18,170 bases of DNA from Candidatus Hermodarchaeota archaeon (GTDB lineage Archaea; Asgardarchaeota; Hermodarchaeia; Hermodarchaeales; Hermodarchaeaceae). The DNA is taken from positions 1 through 18,170 of the forward strand of contig JAEOSX010000168.1 in assembly GCA_016840135.1 (NCBI GenBank), in the 5' to 3' direction. The notes under the pieces are model-generated. The model was not told where the DNA came from. It saw only the letters and a list, made by a program, of their open reading frames with translations, and did no database searches. The translations under genes were made by a program, and so were the position numbers. Of this stretch, positions 6,558-13,900 are shown in pieces; positions within the stretch are counted from its first letter, which is position 1, and each line of letters opens with the position of its first letter.

Positions 6558-6627
6558 GATTCAACGTCAATAGAGTAATAGAAATAGTTTTCGTGGGATT
6601 GCGAGCCATCCATAGAATGCATAGAGG

Positions 6628-7377
6628 TCAGGTTTCAGGACGTCGAGAAGTTGATTGAGGGCGCCTAACAAGGAAATTCTCTAGCCCACGAGGAATTGGA
6701 AAATCGATTAACACGATTCTCTTTCGCAAAGGCAAAGCTACATTGAAAACAGGTGTTTTTCCTACTAATCCTTGGGTCAACCCTTGGTGGGCATGACCGT
6801 GAATAGCCATGGTTGGATTGTGCTTATTGACTAGTCTCTCAACACGCCTGCTTCCCATTTGTGGGAGTGCACGTCTCATCTCACCACTGAGAGTCTTGAA
6901 GGTTGGAGCATAATGCGAGAGAAGAATAGTGTGTTCAGCTTCAGAGCTTGCTTTTGCTAGGAGTGTGCTCAATATTCCTACACGCTGTGTGTAACGGTTA
7001 CGGATCCCTTTCACATATCGAGACTGCCAAAAGGTCGGCTGATCAAGAACCCCCCTCGTGCCTACAATTGCTACGCGCTCTCCGTTTAAAGACATGACTT
7101 TCATCTCGTCATCTAGAAAGGTGATGACATCCTTGGTCCTCTTGCGTAATTCATCCTTTATTGTATCGTACTCTTCGTTTCCGAATACTGCGAATATCGG
7201 GCATTCTAGCTCTTTTAGTTGTTCTGTTAATGGTTCTATGGCATCGACGTTACCACGATTAACCAGGTCACCTGCCAACAAGAACAAAGATGTATTATTA
7301 GGTAAATGGCTCAAAGACTTCACAAAGGAGTCCCGGAATCGGGGCCAGTGTATGTCGCTTGTCGCAGCGAGCAGCAC
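6628..7377 (-). CDS. Calcineurin-like metallophosphoesterase (GTG start)
   Basis: The full ordered set of MPE motifs is present: SDIH (DxH), AGDLVNRG (GDxxxRG), FGNEEYD (GNHE-type), SHYAP and HGHAHQG (GHxH). It lies 23 bp downstream of the prenyltransferase gene on the same strand. Confidence 0.85.
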   Translation of the reverse strand: MLLAATSDIHWPRFRDSFVKSLSHLPNNTSLFLLAGDLVNRGNVDAIEPLTEQLKELECPIFAVFGNEEYDTIKDELRKRTKDVITFLDDEMKVMSLNGERVAIVGTRGVLDQPTFWQSRYVKGIRNRYTQRVGILSTLLAKASSEAEHTILLSHYAPTFKTLSGEMRRALPQMGSRRVERLVNKHNPTMAIHGHAHQGLTQGLVGKTPVFNVALPLRKRIVLIDFPIPRGLENFLVRRPQSTSRRPET

Positions 7378-7400
7378 TTATCATTCCTCTGAACCAGATT

Positions 7401-8303
7401 TTACAGGGCACCTAGGATGAAATTCACAAGACCTAGGAAGGCACCTAATTTATCAGCTAAACTAGCGCGGGAGGCATTTCTTATAGGGTTTCGTAAGATG
7501 AGGATAGCAGAGGCAGCAACACAAAGGGATCCAGGGAAAAGGAGAATTATATAGAGAGGGCCTACCCAAGACAAACCAAACCAATTCGCGAACCAAGGTA
7601 AAAAGAACCCTGAAACCCCGATTACATTGAAAACGGCAGCCACTCTAGCAGCTGTACGCGTGCCGTATTTACGTGCAAGAGTTTGCACATCACGAAGTTC
7701 ATCACCCTCAATGTCTTCGATACCCTTTATGGCTTCTCGACCCTGGAGAACACTTGCAGCGGTAATGAAGTAAACCCAAATAACCGGCGGAACCAGTTGA
7801 GAGGTTACGAGCGAGCCATAGAAGAGTCCAAAGGCGAAGCTTACAGAAACGGCGAAGTTTCCTAAGAGACCCATTACCTTTCCTTTTGCAGCATAAATTA
7901 GGCCGACTAGACAGAAAAGTGCAGCAATTGCTAGTGTCCAAATCCCAACTGCGGATAAGGGAATGGTAAAAATGGAGAATAGAAGACCAAAGAAAATTAG
8001 TAAAGCTGTCCATACTTTAGCTTGCTTAACGGACATCTCACCACTTGGGAGTGGTCGGTTCGGTCGGTTTACTCTATCAATTTCAAGGTCATAAATATCA
8101 TTAACAACATTCCCCGCCGCGGCAATGCAAAGATAGGTTATAGAAGTATAGAGCAGAACCAAACCTAGCGGAGTGGTGAACAAGTGCGCTAAATCAAATC
8201 CATAGACGAGTCTATGGCTTGTCAGAACTCCGATGATTGTGGTAAGAGCACCAACGAAAGTATTTCCTGGGCGAGTAATCGTAATGAAGGCTTTTAGAGA
8301 CAT
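7401..8303 (-). CDS. UbiA-family integral-membrane prenyltransferase, most likely digeranylgeranylglyceryl phosphate (DGGGP) synthase for archaeal ether lipids
   Basis: The first Asp-rich motif is NVVNDIYDLEIDRVNRPNRPLPSG and the second is KGIEDIEGDELRDVQTLARKYG. There are about 8 hydrophobic segments. The size (~300 aa) and motif spacing are typical of archaeal DGGGP synthases. Substrate specificity is inferred. Confidence 0.8.
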   Translation of the reverse strand: MSLKAFITITRPGNTFVGALTTIIGVLTSHRLVYGFDLAHLFTTPLGLVLLYTSITYLCIAAAGNVVNDIYDLEIDRVNRPNRPLPSGEMSVKQAKVWTALLIFFGLLFSIFTIPLSAVGIWTLAIAALFCLVGLIYAAKGKVMGLLGNFAVSVSFAFGLFYGSLVTSQLVPPVIWVYFITAASVLQGREAIKGIEDIEGDELRDVQTLARKYGTRTAARVAAVFNVIGVSGFFLPWFANWFGLSWVGPLYIILLFPGSLCVAASAILILRNPIRNASRASLADKLGAFLGLVNFILGAL

Positions 8304-8345
8304 GGAACGCTGCCTCAGTTATTGTCTCTGTTTTGTGTCTTCTTG

Positions 8346-8354
8346 TTATAAATA
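8346..8354. promoter_or_regulatory. TATA-box candidate (TTATAAATA) in the divergent 177-bp spacer between the prenyltransferase gene (-) and the degenerate HerA-like gene (+)
   Basis: This near-palindromic TATA-like element sits ~45-50 nt upstream of the ATG at 8303. GAGG lies ~10-13 nt before that ATG on the minus strand. The orientation and the gene it serves cannot be decided from sequence alone. Confidence 0.35.
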
Positions 8355-8480
8355 GGCGAGCGTTTAGCCTACGGTCACAGAATAGTTTCGGTGAGCTCCT
8401 CCCCAGTTGTCTGTCTACCGAAATATTTTGTTACGAATACCCAATTAAGGGAAATTAGCTGAGAAAAAATCGGTGTAGGC

Positions 8481-9458
8481 ATGGAGTTCGATGGGATAAC
8501 TCACAGATTTCAGGAACTCCCTAGCTTAGAAAGTCAGATAAAACTCGGCTATACGCTGAAAGGATGTACCGCGCACCCTTTCAATCTTGCACTGAAGGAT
8601 TTCCGTAATCTAGTAATTTTAGGTGAGCGGGCAAAGGATATTTACTATCTATTCTTGAGTCAACTCTGCGACCAGCTTCAGCTGCCGATTGTGGTTCTCA
8701 AAGAGAGCAATGAAGATGCTTTTGAAAGCCTGATATGTGAGACTCCAATTTGGCACCTGGATTTGACAATCAGTCAGGTAACCTTGAATCCACTAGACTT
8801 ACGGGGTGTTGCCACACCCTCCTCTGCTGTTATTCTAGCCAACCTACTTTCAGATATCTACCAGTTGTCTCCAAAAGCAAAGAATCTCCTTCAAGATGTA
8901 GTATGGAACATCATCCAGACTAGTCATAAACCTTCAATCCAAGAACTCCGCCAAAGACTTTCATCTCATAGAGAAAACAGAACTGCTTACCGTGAACTCT
9001 CCTCATTAATAGAGGCTCTTAACGCTGATTCCCTCTTTAGCTCCTTTGACACTATATCTCTTGGTCGTTTTCACTCCATACCAACAATCATCTCAATACC
9101 AAGAAATAATAGAGGTTACCTGATAGCCAACCTGCTCCTATTAAAGCTCCTGGCTCTCCAAGGCGCTGCTCTGCCCCCTCTGCTTCTCTTCAATCCTCCA
9201 CTCAATCCTCTTCTCATTGAATTGCTTTTCAAGAGTTATGCAATCAAAGGCGACTTTCTCCTCTTCCTTGACTCGAAGGGAGAGTTTCCTCACATTGACC
9301 CACTGATTCCCCATAATCTGGTTATCTCAAGTCTGCCGGATTCCTCTCCCTTTTACCAGCAATTAACCGATGAAGAACGCAAGGTTCTCCAAAGTCAACG
9401 TGATTTTGTCGTTGTCAAGCTGTTCGGCAAACCCGCTCAGCTAGTAAACATCTTCTAA
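8481..9458 (+). CDS. HerA/FtsK-superfamily (DUF87-like) ATPase homolog with degenerate catalytic motifs; a predicted inactive paralog of the 13901-16219 gene
   Basis: It is collinear with the large ATPase in this window. IKLGY...NLVILGERAKDIYYLFLSQLCDQLQLPIVVLKESNEDAFESL matches FWIGY...HLGTFGTTGSGKTVFCKIILEEAARHGIPIIALDPQGDLASL. VTLNPLDL matches ISVNPLVL. PPLLLFNPPLNP matches PRLVFFTDEIAPF. LFKSYAIKGDFLLFLDSKGEF matches LFRQARKYGIICMVATQSPRDL. Walker A (GERAKD), Walker B (NP in place of DE) and the ATQ motif (LDS) are all lost. Confidence 0.6.
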   Translation: MEFDGITHRFQELPSLESQIKLGYTLKGCTAHPFNLALKDFRNLVILGERAKDIYYLFLSQLCDQLQLPIVVLKESNEDAFESLICETPIWHLDLTISQVTLNPLDLRGVATPSSAVILANLLSDIYQLSPKAKNLLQDVVWNIIQTSHKPSIQELRQRLSSHRENRTAYRELSSLIEALNADSLFSSFDTISLGRFHSIPTIISIPRNNRGYLIANLLLLKLLALQGAALPPLLLFNPPLNPLLIELLFKSYAIKGDFLLFLDSKGEFPHIDPLIPHNLVISSLPDSSPFYQQLTDEERKVLQSQRDFVVVKLFGKPAQLVNIF

Positions 9459-9515
9459 GTCACGCTCAAGCAACTATAATTGCAAGTTGTCCTGTCGGAG
9501 AATAATCGGACCGTA

Positions 9516-9716
9516 TTATGCGAGCTGCTTTATTTTCTCCTCAACTCGAGCAATTTGAACCTTATCGCCAAGCCGAGTGTACATATTTTTTGCTTGCGAG
9601 TAAAGTTCCTTCGCTTTATCTATCTCGCCAATACTGGCATGATGATCTGCTAGCTCCTCAAGGTACGCAGCCTTTTTCTGAAAATACCCACTAATCTGAT
9701 CGCTTGGCTTCGACAT
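9516..9716 (-). CDS. Small helical protein (66 aa), a single TPR-like or MIT-like helical hairpin
   Basis: It has an ATG start and its own AT-rich upstream spacer (9717-9777). AAYLEELADHHASIGEIDKAKELYSQAKNMYTRLGD fits the TPR spacing of small and large residues (A..L..LA......G....A...Y..A). With no other evidence, it could be a non-functional ORF. Confidence 0.45.
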   Translation of the reverse strand: MSKPSDQISGYFQKKAAYLEELADHHASIGEIDKAKELYSQAKNMYTRLGDKVQIARVEEKIKQLA

Positions 9717-9777
9717 GGAATTTCATTAATCCCTTTAGCAGAATCGAATATTAAGATAATGGAAGTATATAGCTAGA

Positions 9778-11157
9778 CTAGGGAACTAGGCGCGTACGAT
9801 CGCGAGGGAATAGGCAGGTTTCACGAATGTTCTTGTAGCCAAGCATCTGCATCGTTAGACGCTCCACACCAACAGCAAGTCCACCATGTGGAGGGGCTCC
9901 ATACCTGAAAGGTTCTGTGTAAAAGGTGAAGGTTTCAGGGTTGAGCCCCGCTTCCTTCAGTTTTTCTACAAGCAGGTTATAGTTATGGATTCGCTGACCT
10001 CCTGTAGTTATCTCCATTCCGCGATAGATTAAATCAAAACCCCGGGTTAGAGTCGGATCTGAATCCAGCGGCATTGTGTAGAAAGGACGGATTGATGTAG
10101 GATAGCGCGTCAGAAAGTAAAAATCTTCTCCGGTTTCTCTTTTGACATATTGATGCAGCTTCTCTTCCCCTTCTGAGGAAATGTCAGTATCAGAAGGTGT
10201 TTTCAGTCCTTCACTTCTTAAGATTTTTACAGCTTCTTTTATTTCGATTCGCTGAATGGGGAGGCGTGGCGGTTGGATTTCCACGTCAAGTTGTTCCAAC
10301 TCTTTTACACAATACTTCTGCACAGCCTTTAGGGTGGTTCTCAACATTTTTTCTTCCATTTGCATTACATCTTCTTCGTCTCGAATCCAGGCCATTTCGA
10401 AATCAAAGCTAGTGTATTCGTTCAAGTGACGTGGTGTGTTGTGTTTCTCAGCACGATATACTGGTGCCACTTCGAAGACCCTGTCGAAGCCTCCCACAAG
10501 GCACAGCTGTTTATAGAATTGGGGGCTCTGAGCTAGGAAGGCATTCTGTTCAAAATATTTAACAGAAAAAAGGTCTGCACCGCCCTCAGTAGCTGTGGCT
10601 ACAATTTTTGGTGTGTGAATCTCTCGGAACCCTTTCGCTTCTAGAAATCGGCGCATCCGCGAGATGGTGAAATGCTGAATTTTGAAGAGTAGTTGATTCT
10701 CATGGCGGCGCAAGTCAATAACCCGGTGGTCAAGCCGCGTGTCAATATCTGCCTTGGTCTTTCCAGAAATATCTAGAGGGAGAGTAGCAGGTGCATCGTT
10801 TATGATTATAATACTTTCAGGTACAATTTCTACGCCACTGCGGGCTTGCTGCTCTCTTTTAACTCGCCCTCTAACTGCAACAGCGTATTCATTATCTAGT
10901 TTTTCTAGAATTTCTAGAAGCTTCGGTTCTGTCCGTTTGTGATGTAGAATGCATTGGGTGAGCCCTTCTCGATCTCGAATAATTAGGAAGCTGATTTTTC
11001 CGAGTGGACGGATACGTTGAACCCAACCAACGATTGTAACGCGCCGACCCTCCATCTCTGGCTTCAGCTGAGAGGAGTAGTGGGTTCGGCGAAGTCTGCC
11101 AAGAGGATTAACGGTGCCACTATTTCGTGAAGAGGTCATCGAAGAACGCCTCTCCAT
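9778..11157 (-). CDS. aspS: Aspartyl-tRNA synthetase, archaeal/eukaryotic type (class IIb)
   Basis: An N-terminal OB-fold anticodon-binding pattern is present (VTIVGWVQRIRPLGKISFLIIRDREGLTQCIL). Motif 2 region is FEVAPVYRAEKHNTPRHLNEYTSFDFEMAW. FDLIYRGMEITTGGQRIH compares with eukaryotic/archaeal AspRS FDL..RG.EI..G.QRIH. Motif 3 is FRYGAPPHGGLAVGVERLTMQMLGYKNIRETCLFPRDRTRLVP. The N-terminal ~30 aa are unusual, so the start is uncertain. Confidence 0.92.
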   Translation of the reverse strand: MERRSSMTSSRNSGTVNPLGRLRRTHYSSQLKPEMEGRRVTIVGWVQRIRPLGKISFLIIRDREGLTQCILHHKRTEPKLLEILEKLDNEYAVAVRGRVKREQQARSGVEIVPESIIIINDAPATLPLDISGKTKADIDTRLDHRVIDLRRHENQLLFKIQHFTISRMRRFLEAKGFREIHTPKIVATATEGGADLFSVKYFEQNAFLAQSPQFYKQLCLVGGFDRVFEVAPVYRAEKHNTPRHLNEYTSFDFEMAWIRDEEDVMQMEEKMLRTTLKAVQKYCVKELEQLDVEIQPPRLPIQRIEIKEAVKILRSEGLKTPSDTDISSEGEEKLHQYVKRETGEDFYFLTRYPTSIRPFYTMPLDSDPTLTRGFDLIYRGMEITTGGQRIHNYNLLVEKLKEAGLNPETFTFYTEPFRYGAPPHGGLAVGVERLTMQMLGYKNIRETCLFPRDRTRLVP

Positions 11158-11188
11158 CCCCTAAGCTAATGCTGACTTAAACGTTTGG

Positions 11189-11788
11189 CTAAAGACCAAT
11201 CGCGCGGCGCATGTTCTTCATTAGCTTATCAGCAGCAGGTATTTTCAAGACAGAAACCGCTTTCTCTGCTGGCCCCATAAAGTCCATGAAAAGGGACTTG
11301 GGAGAACGACCTGCTTGGACGAGCTGAAGAGCATGAAGTGCATTGGCGAACCTATCAGCAGCTTCAACAATCAGCGCCTCTCGGCTAGACTGACCTTGAT
11401 ACCCCTCCCACGCCTCTTGCAGAGGAATGCGTAATTTCTGAGGAAGTTCTCCAATAAGAGAAGTCATAACCTGGTTTTCAGCTCGCCTCTTAACATCATA
11501 GAACTCTTGGAGCTCCTCTGTAGGGTCACGAGGAATATCCCCAAGACGAGACTCTGGCAGATCATGGAATAAGGACATCAAGAAAATCTTCTCAAGATCC
11601 ACCTCGCCTCCATCGAGTTTCGCTAGAAGATAAGCGATAACTGTTACCGAATGAGAATGAGCAGCAACATTCTCTGCAGTAGCTGAAGGAATACCGCGAA
11701 GCAACCAACCAACTCTCAAAACCCACTTGAGATTATCAACAGCTTGTAGAAAATCTAGTATCGCCATTTTAAAAACACCAAATATCAC
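11189..11788 (-). CDS. HD-domain phosphohydrolase, YfbR-like 5'-nucleotidase family. The start is GTG at 11788, overlapping the upstream gene by 4 nt, or ATG at 11767.
   Basis: LRVGWLLRGIP..ENVAAHSHSVTVIAYLLA followed by LFHDLPESRLGDIP matches the H...HD...D metal-binding pattern and the R.W....ENVAEHS signature of YfbR-type HD proteins. Confidence 0.8.
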   Translation of the reverse strand: MIFGVFKMAILDFLQAVDNLKWVLRVGWLLRGIPSATAENVAAHSHSVTVIAYLLAKLDGGEVDLEKIFLMSLFHDLPESRLGDIPRDPTEELQEFYDVKRRAENQVMTSLIGELPQKLRIPLQEAWEGYQGQSSREALIVEAADRFANALHALQLVQAGRSPKSLFMDFMGPAEKAVSVLKIPAADKLMKNMRRAIGL

Positions 11789-12192
11789 TTGAAGAGTTTA
11801 GCTATTTCACGACCAAAGTGTCTAAAGACAGAAACTGTATGTCCGAGCGCGTCGATTTTTACACCTGCACCAATCAGAACGAGTGGACCAGCGTCAGTCA
11901 CGACAATGTATCCCTTTTCCCCTCGAACGATAAGCTCGTATAATGGATCAAACTTCAGCTTAGTAGCTGCCTCAACTCCAGTTTGTAACAAGACAGCTGA
12001 AATCGCTGACATCAAGTCAGGATCGATGTCCACTCCCTTCGTCGCGCTATAAGCGACTCGTCGACCACCTTTCGTGACAGCCGCTAGTGTTTCCAATTCT
12101 GTGTACTGTGTAATTTCCCGTAAGAATAACACGAGTTGTTGTGCTTCGTTCTCGCCCATCTGAAACTGCAATAATTTCTCCTCTGATTTCAT
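11785..12192 (-). CDS. Roadblock/LC7 (MglB-like) domain protein
   Basis: It is 135 aa with the characteristic alpha-beta-alpha layout: N-terminal helix LLQFQMGENEAQQLVLFLREI, then LAAVTKGGRRVAY, a helix SAISAVLLQTGVEAATKL, then ELIVRGEKGYIVVTDAGPLVLIGAGVKID. It lies 16 bp downstream of the gelsolin-like gene. No sequence-specific catalytic motif is expected for this family. Confidence 0.65.
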   Translation of the reverse strand: MKSEEKLLQFQMGENEAQQLVLFLREITQYTELETLAAVTKGGRRVAYSATKGVDIDPDLMSAISAVLLQTGVEAATKLKFDPLYELIVRGEKGYIVVTDAGPLVLIGAGVKIDALGHTVSVFRHFGREIAKLFK

Positions 12193-12208
12193 CTATCCTG
12201 GTAAGTTT

Positions 12209-13021
12209 TTATCTACTAGCCTTCGCCCCTGAAGATCGCACCAGCTCTGCTAGGCGACGTTTTTCAACTTGGTATTCTTGTTCTTGTACTTGCTTCAAGA
12301 ATTCAACAGCTAGCACTTGCCCATTCTGAATGACTATTCGGGGCGTGTAACCCTGCGCGAAGAGAACTCCCTCTGGTAGGCTGTCTATTCGTTGTAGCCG
12401 TTGAGTTACAGTCCTTTTTCCTAAGAGAGAAGTTGCTTCTTCTGTTATAGCGAAGGCATCGAATCCTATTAACACAAACTCCCGCCGAAAACCAGGAACT
12501 GGTTCTAACTGTTTCACTTGCTCGATTATTTCTTGAGAGCTATGCGGAACCTGAACAGATTGTTGTTGTGATGGTTTCGCAGTTCGTGCTGTCACCACGC
12601 GTGTGTAGTCTAGTTTGGGCTGGGGGGTTGTAGCTGGTTTGGGCTGACTTGTCTTTGGAGTTGAATCTGGCGATGGAGTGAAGGAACTGTCGGGAGTTTT
12701 TGATGCCGCTGCGTCCGGGCTTGAGGTAGGGGTCTGACTCATAACTTGAAGGAATCCTTCATCCTCTTCTCCCGCATCTTCTGACACAATCTTGTAAACG
12801 AGTCCTCTAACATCACGAATTCTCTGTGCAGAGCGTGCTGCGATGAATTTCTTACGGACTGGTGCATCAACACCTTTCCATATCCATATTCTCTTTTGTT
12901 CGTCATCAATGACGATGAGGACCTGATCTGCTTTCATATGCATGCTAACAGGTTCATCACCTGAAATCTGGTCAACTTCACCAGAATCCCTAACGCTTAG
13001 CAATACCAAATTGTCAGACAA
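12209..13021 (-). CDS. Gelsolin-domain protein (1 gelsolin/cofilin-like domain, Pro/Thr/Ser linker, uncharacterised C-terminal domain); TTG start
   Basis: At aa 30-95, ADQVLIVIDDEQKRIWIWKGVDAPVRKKFIAARSAQRIRDVRGLVYKIVSEDAGEEDEGFLQVMS aligns with human gelsolin G1 [63 protein letters not shown] as I recall it. The linker is TPTSSPDAAASKTPDSSFTPSPDSTPKTSQPKPATTPQPK. The C-terminal ~110 aa look beta-rich and have no motif I recognise. Confidence 0.75.
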   Translation of the reverse strand: MSDNLVLLSVRDSGEVDQISGDEPVSMHMKADQVLIVIDDEQKRIWIWKGVDAPVRKKFIAARSAQRIRDVRGLVYKIVSEDAGEEDEGFLQVMSQTPTSSPDAAASKTPDSSFTPSPDSTPKTSQPKPATTPQPKLDYTRVVTARTAKPSQQQSVQVPHSSQEIIEQVKQLEPVPGFRREFVLIGFDAFAITEEATSLLGKRTVTQRLQRIDSLPEGVLFAQGYTPRIVIQNGQVLAVEFLKQVQEQEYQVEKRRLAELVRSSGAKASR

Positions 13022-13118
13022 CGGAAGTTCAGCCCCAACTCAGTAATTTACATTCAATATCATTAATATAATTGCTTTCCTGCGAATAATAAGAAATTTA
13101 CCGCGGTCAATATCTCGT
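13022..13118. promoter_or_regulatory. Divergent AT-rich spacer between the gelsolin-like operon (-) and the membrane-protein gene (+); presumed promoters
   Basis: This is a 97-bp gap containing TATA-like TTAATATAATT at ~13063-13073, about 45 nt from the minus-strand start and 50-80 nt from the possible plus-strand starts (13119 or 13149). Confidence 0.3.
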
Positions 13119-13829
13119 TTGAAGAAAACTTTTTGTGTTCACACTCATATGAGGCACAGTGAATTTAAACATCTATCTATCGGAGAGAATGTTTTGCGTC
13201 TTATTCTATTAGGTGGAATGTCCACAGGTATAGCCCTAACTTTGCTAGTAATAGCAATATTTCTGGATCCAAGTATCGCGTTTCTAGCTTACCTTGGCTG
13301 CGTCGTATGCACTGGTATTGTTATTGCTTGTGCAGTAGTAAACAGCTTAACGACTTGGCCTGGGTTCGTACACCCCGATGACCGGCTCTGGTCAAACATA
13401 CTAGCCTACCTTCTCACTCTCTTTTCGATTCTTACTCTTGGCCGCTTCCTCAAAGAAGACGTTCGTGCTGATTGGTGGTTCTCCCTTCTGTTCAATGTTG
13501 GCACATTACTACTGTTGGCTTTGATTTTAGTCCTGAGTCTTATTGGTTTGAGTGGTAAGTTTCGACCGAAGGGTCTAGCAGAGGGGGCAGAAGCCAAGGA
13601 CCGTTCAAAGGAGGTTGCTTCTCGTCTAATCCTTTTTGCACTCCTTGTCGGTGCAGTTATGGCGTTTGGTCAAACAGGTCTAGTACTTCTTTGGGATTAC
13701 TTCAATACAACCTACGGTTCGCCCCTTAGTTACTACTACATCTCTATTACAATCGGAAGCATATCGACTCTAATCCTGTTCACTCTAGGAATAGTTCTAC
13801 GCTCAAAATACGAATCAGTTCGAACGTAG
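13119..13829 (+). CDS. Polytopic membrane protein, hypothetical. The start is TTG at 13119 or ATG at 13149.
   Basis: There are six or so long hydrophobic segments, for example ILLGGMSTGIALTLLVIAIFL, AFLAYLGCVVCTGIVIACAVV, ILAYLLTLFSILTLG, WWFSLLFNVGTLLLLALILVLSLIGL, LILFALLVGAVMAFGQTGLVLL and ISITIGSISTLILFTLGIVL. Short charged loops separate them. No family motif was recognised. Confidence 0.6.
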   Translation: MKKTFCVHTHMRHSEFKHLSIGENVLRLILLGGMSTGIALTLLVIAIFLDPSIAFLAYLGCVVCTGIVIACAVVNSLTTWPGFVHPDDRLWSNILAYLLTLFSILTLGRFLKEDVRADWWFSLLFNVGTLLLLALILVLSLIGLSGKFRPKGLAEGAEAKDRSKEVASRLILFALLVGAVMAFGQTGLVLLWDYFNTTYGSPLSYYYISITIGSISTLILFTLGIVLRSKYESVRT

Positions 13830-13863
13830 AAATAACTGAATGACTTAACTTTGGATAAATAAT

Positions 13864-13895
13864 GAAGTGGGTTTGTTATAATGGCAACCCGCTTC
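13864..13895. terminator. Stem-loop between the convergent membrane-protein and HerA-like genes; candidate bidirectional terminator
   Basis: GAAGTGGGTT (13864-13873) pairs with AACCCGCTTC (13886-13895), giving a 10-bp stem with one G-U wobble and a 12-nt loop. It sits in the 71-bp gap between the two stop codons. Whether archaeal termination uses it is inference. Confidence 0.35.
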
Positions 13896-13900
13896 ACTTC

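Noticed and set aside
7058-8013. Alternate-frame or antisense ORFs (120, 60 and 101 aa) over the metallophosphoesterase and prenyltransferase genes
   Set aside because: They are nested in genes with complete catalytic motif sets. Their composition is typical of out-of-frame translation.
9459-9515. Weak inverted repeat (CAACT...AGTTG, ~9470-9490) after the degenerate HerA-like gene, as a possible terminator
   Set aside because: The stem is only 5 bp with a 9-nt loop, and there is no adjacent T-tract. This is not distinguishable from chance.
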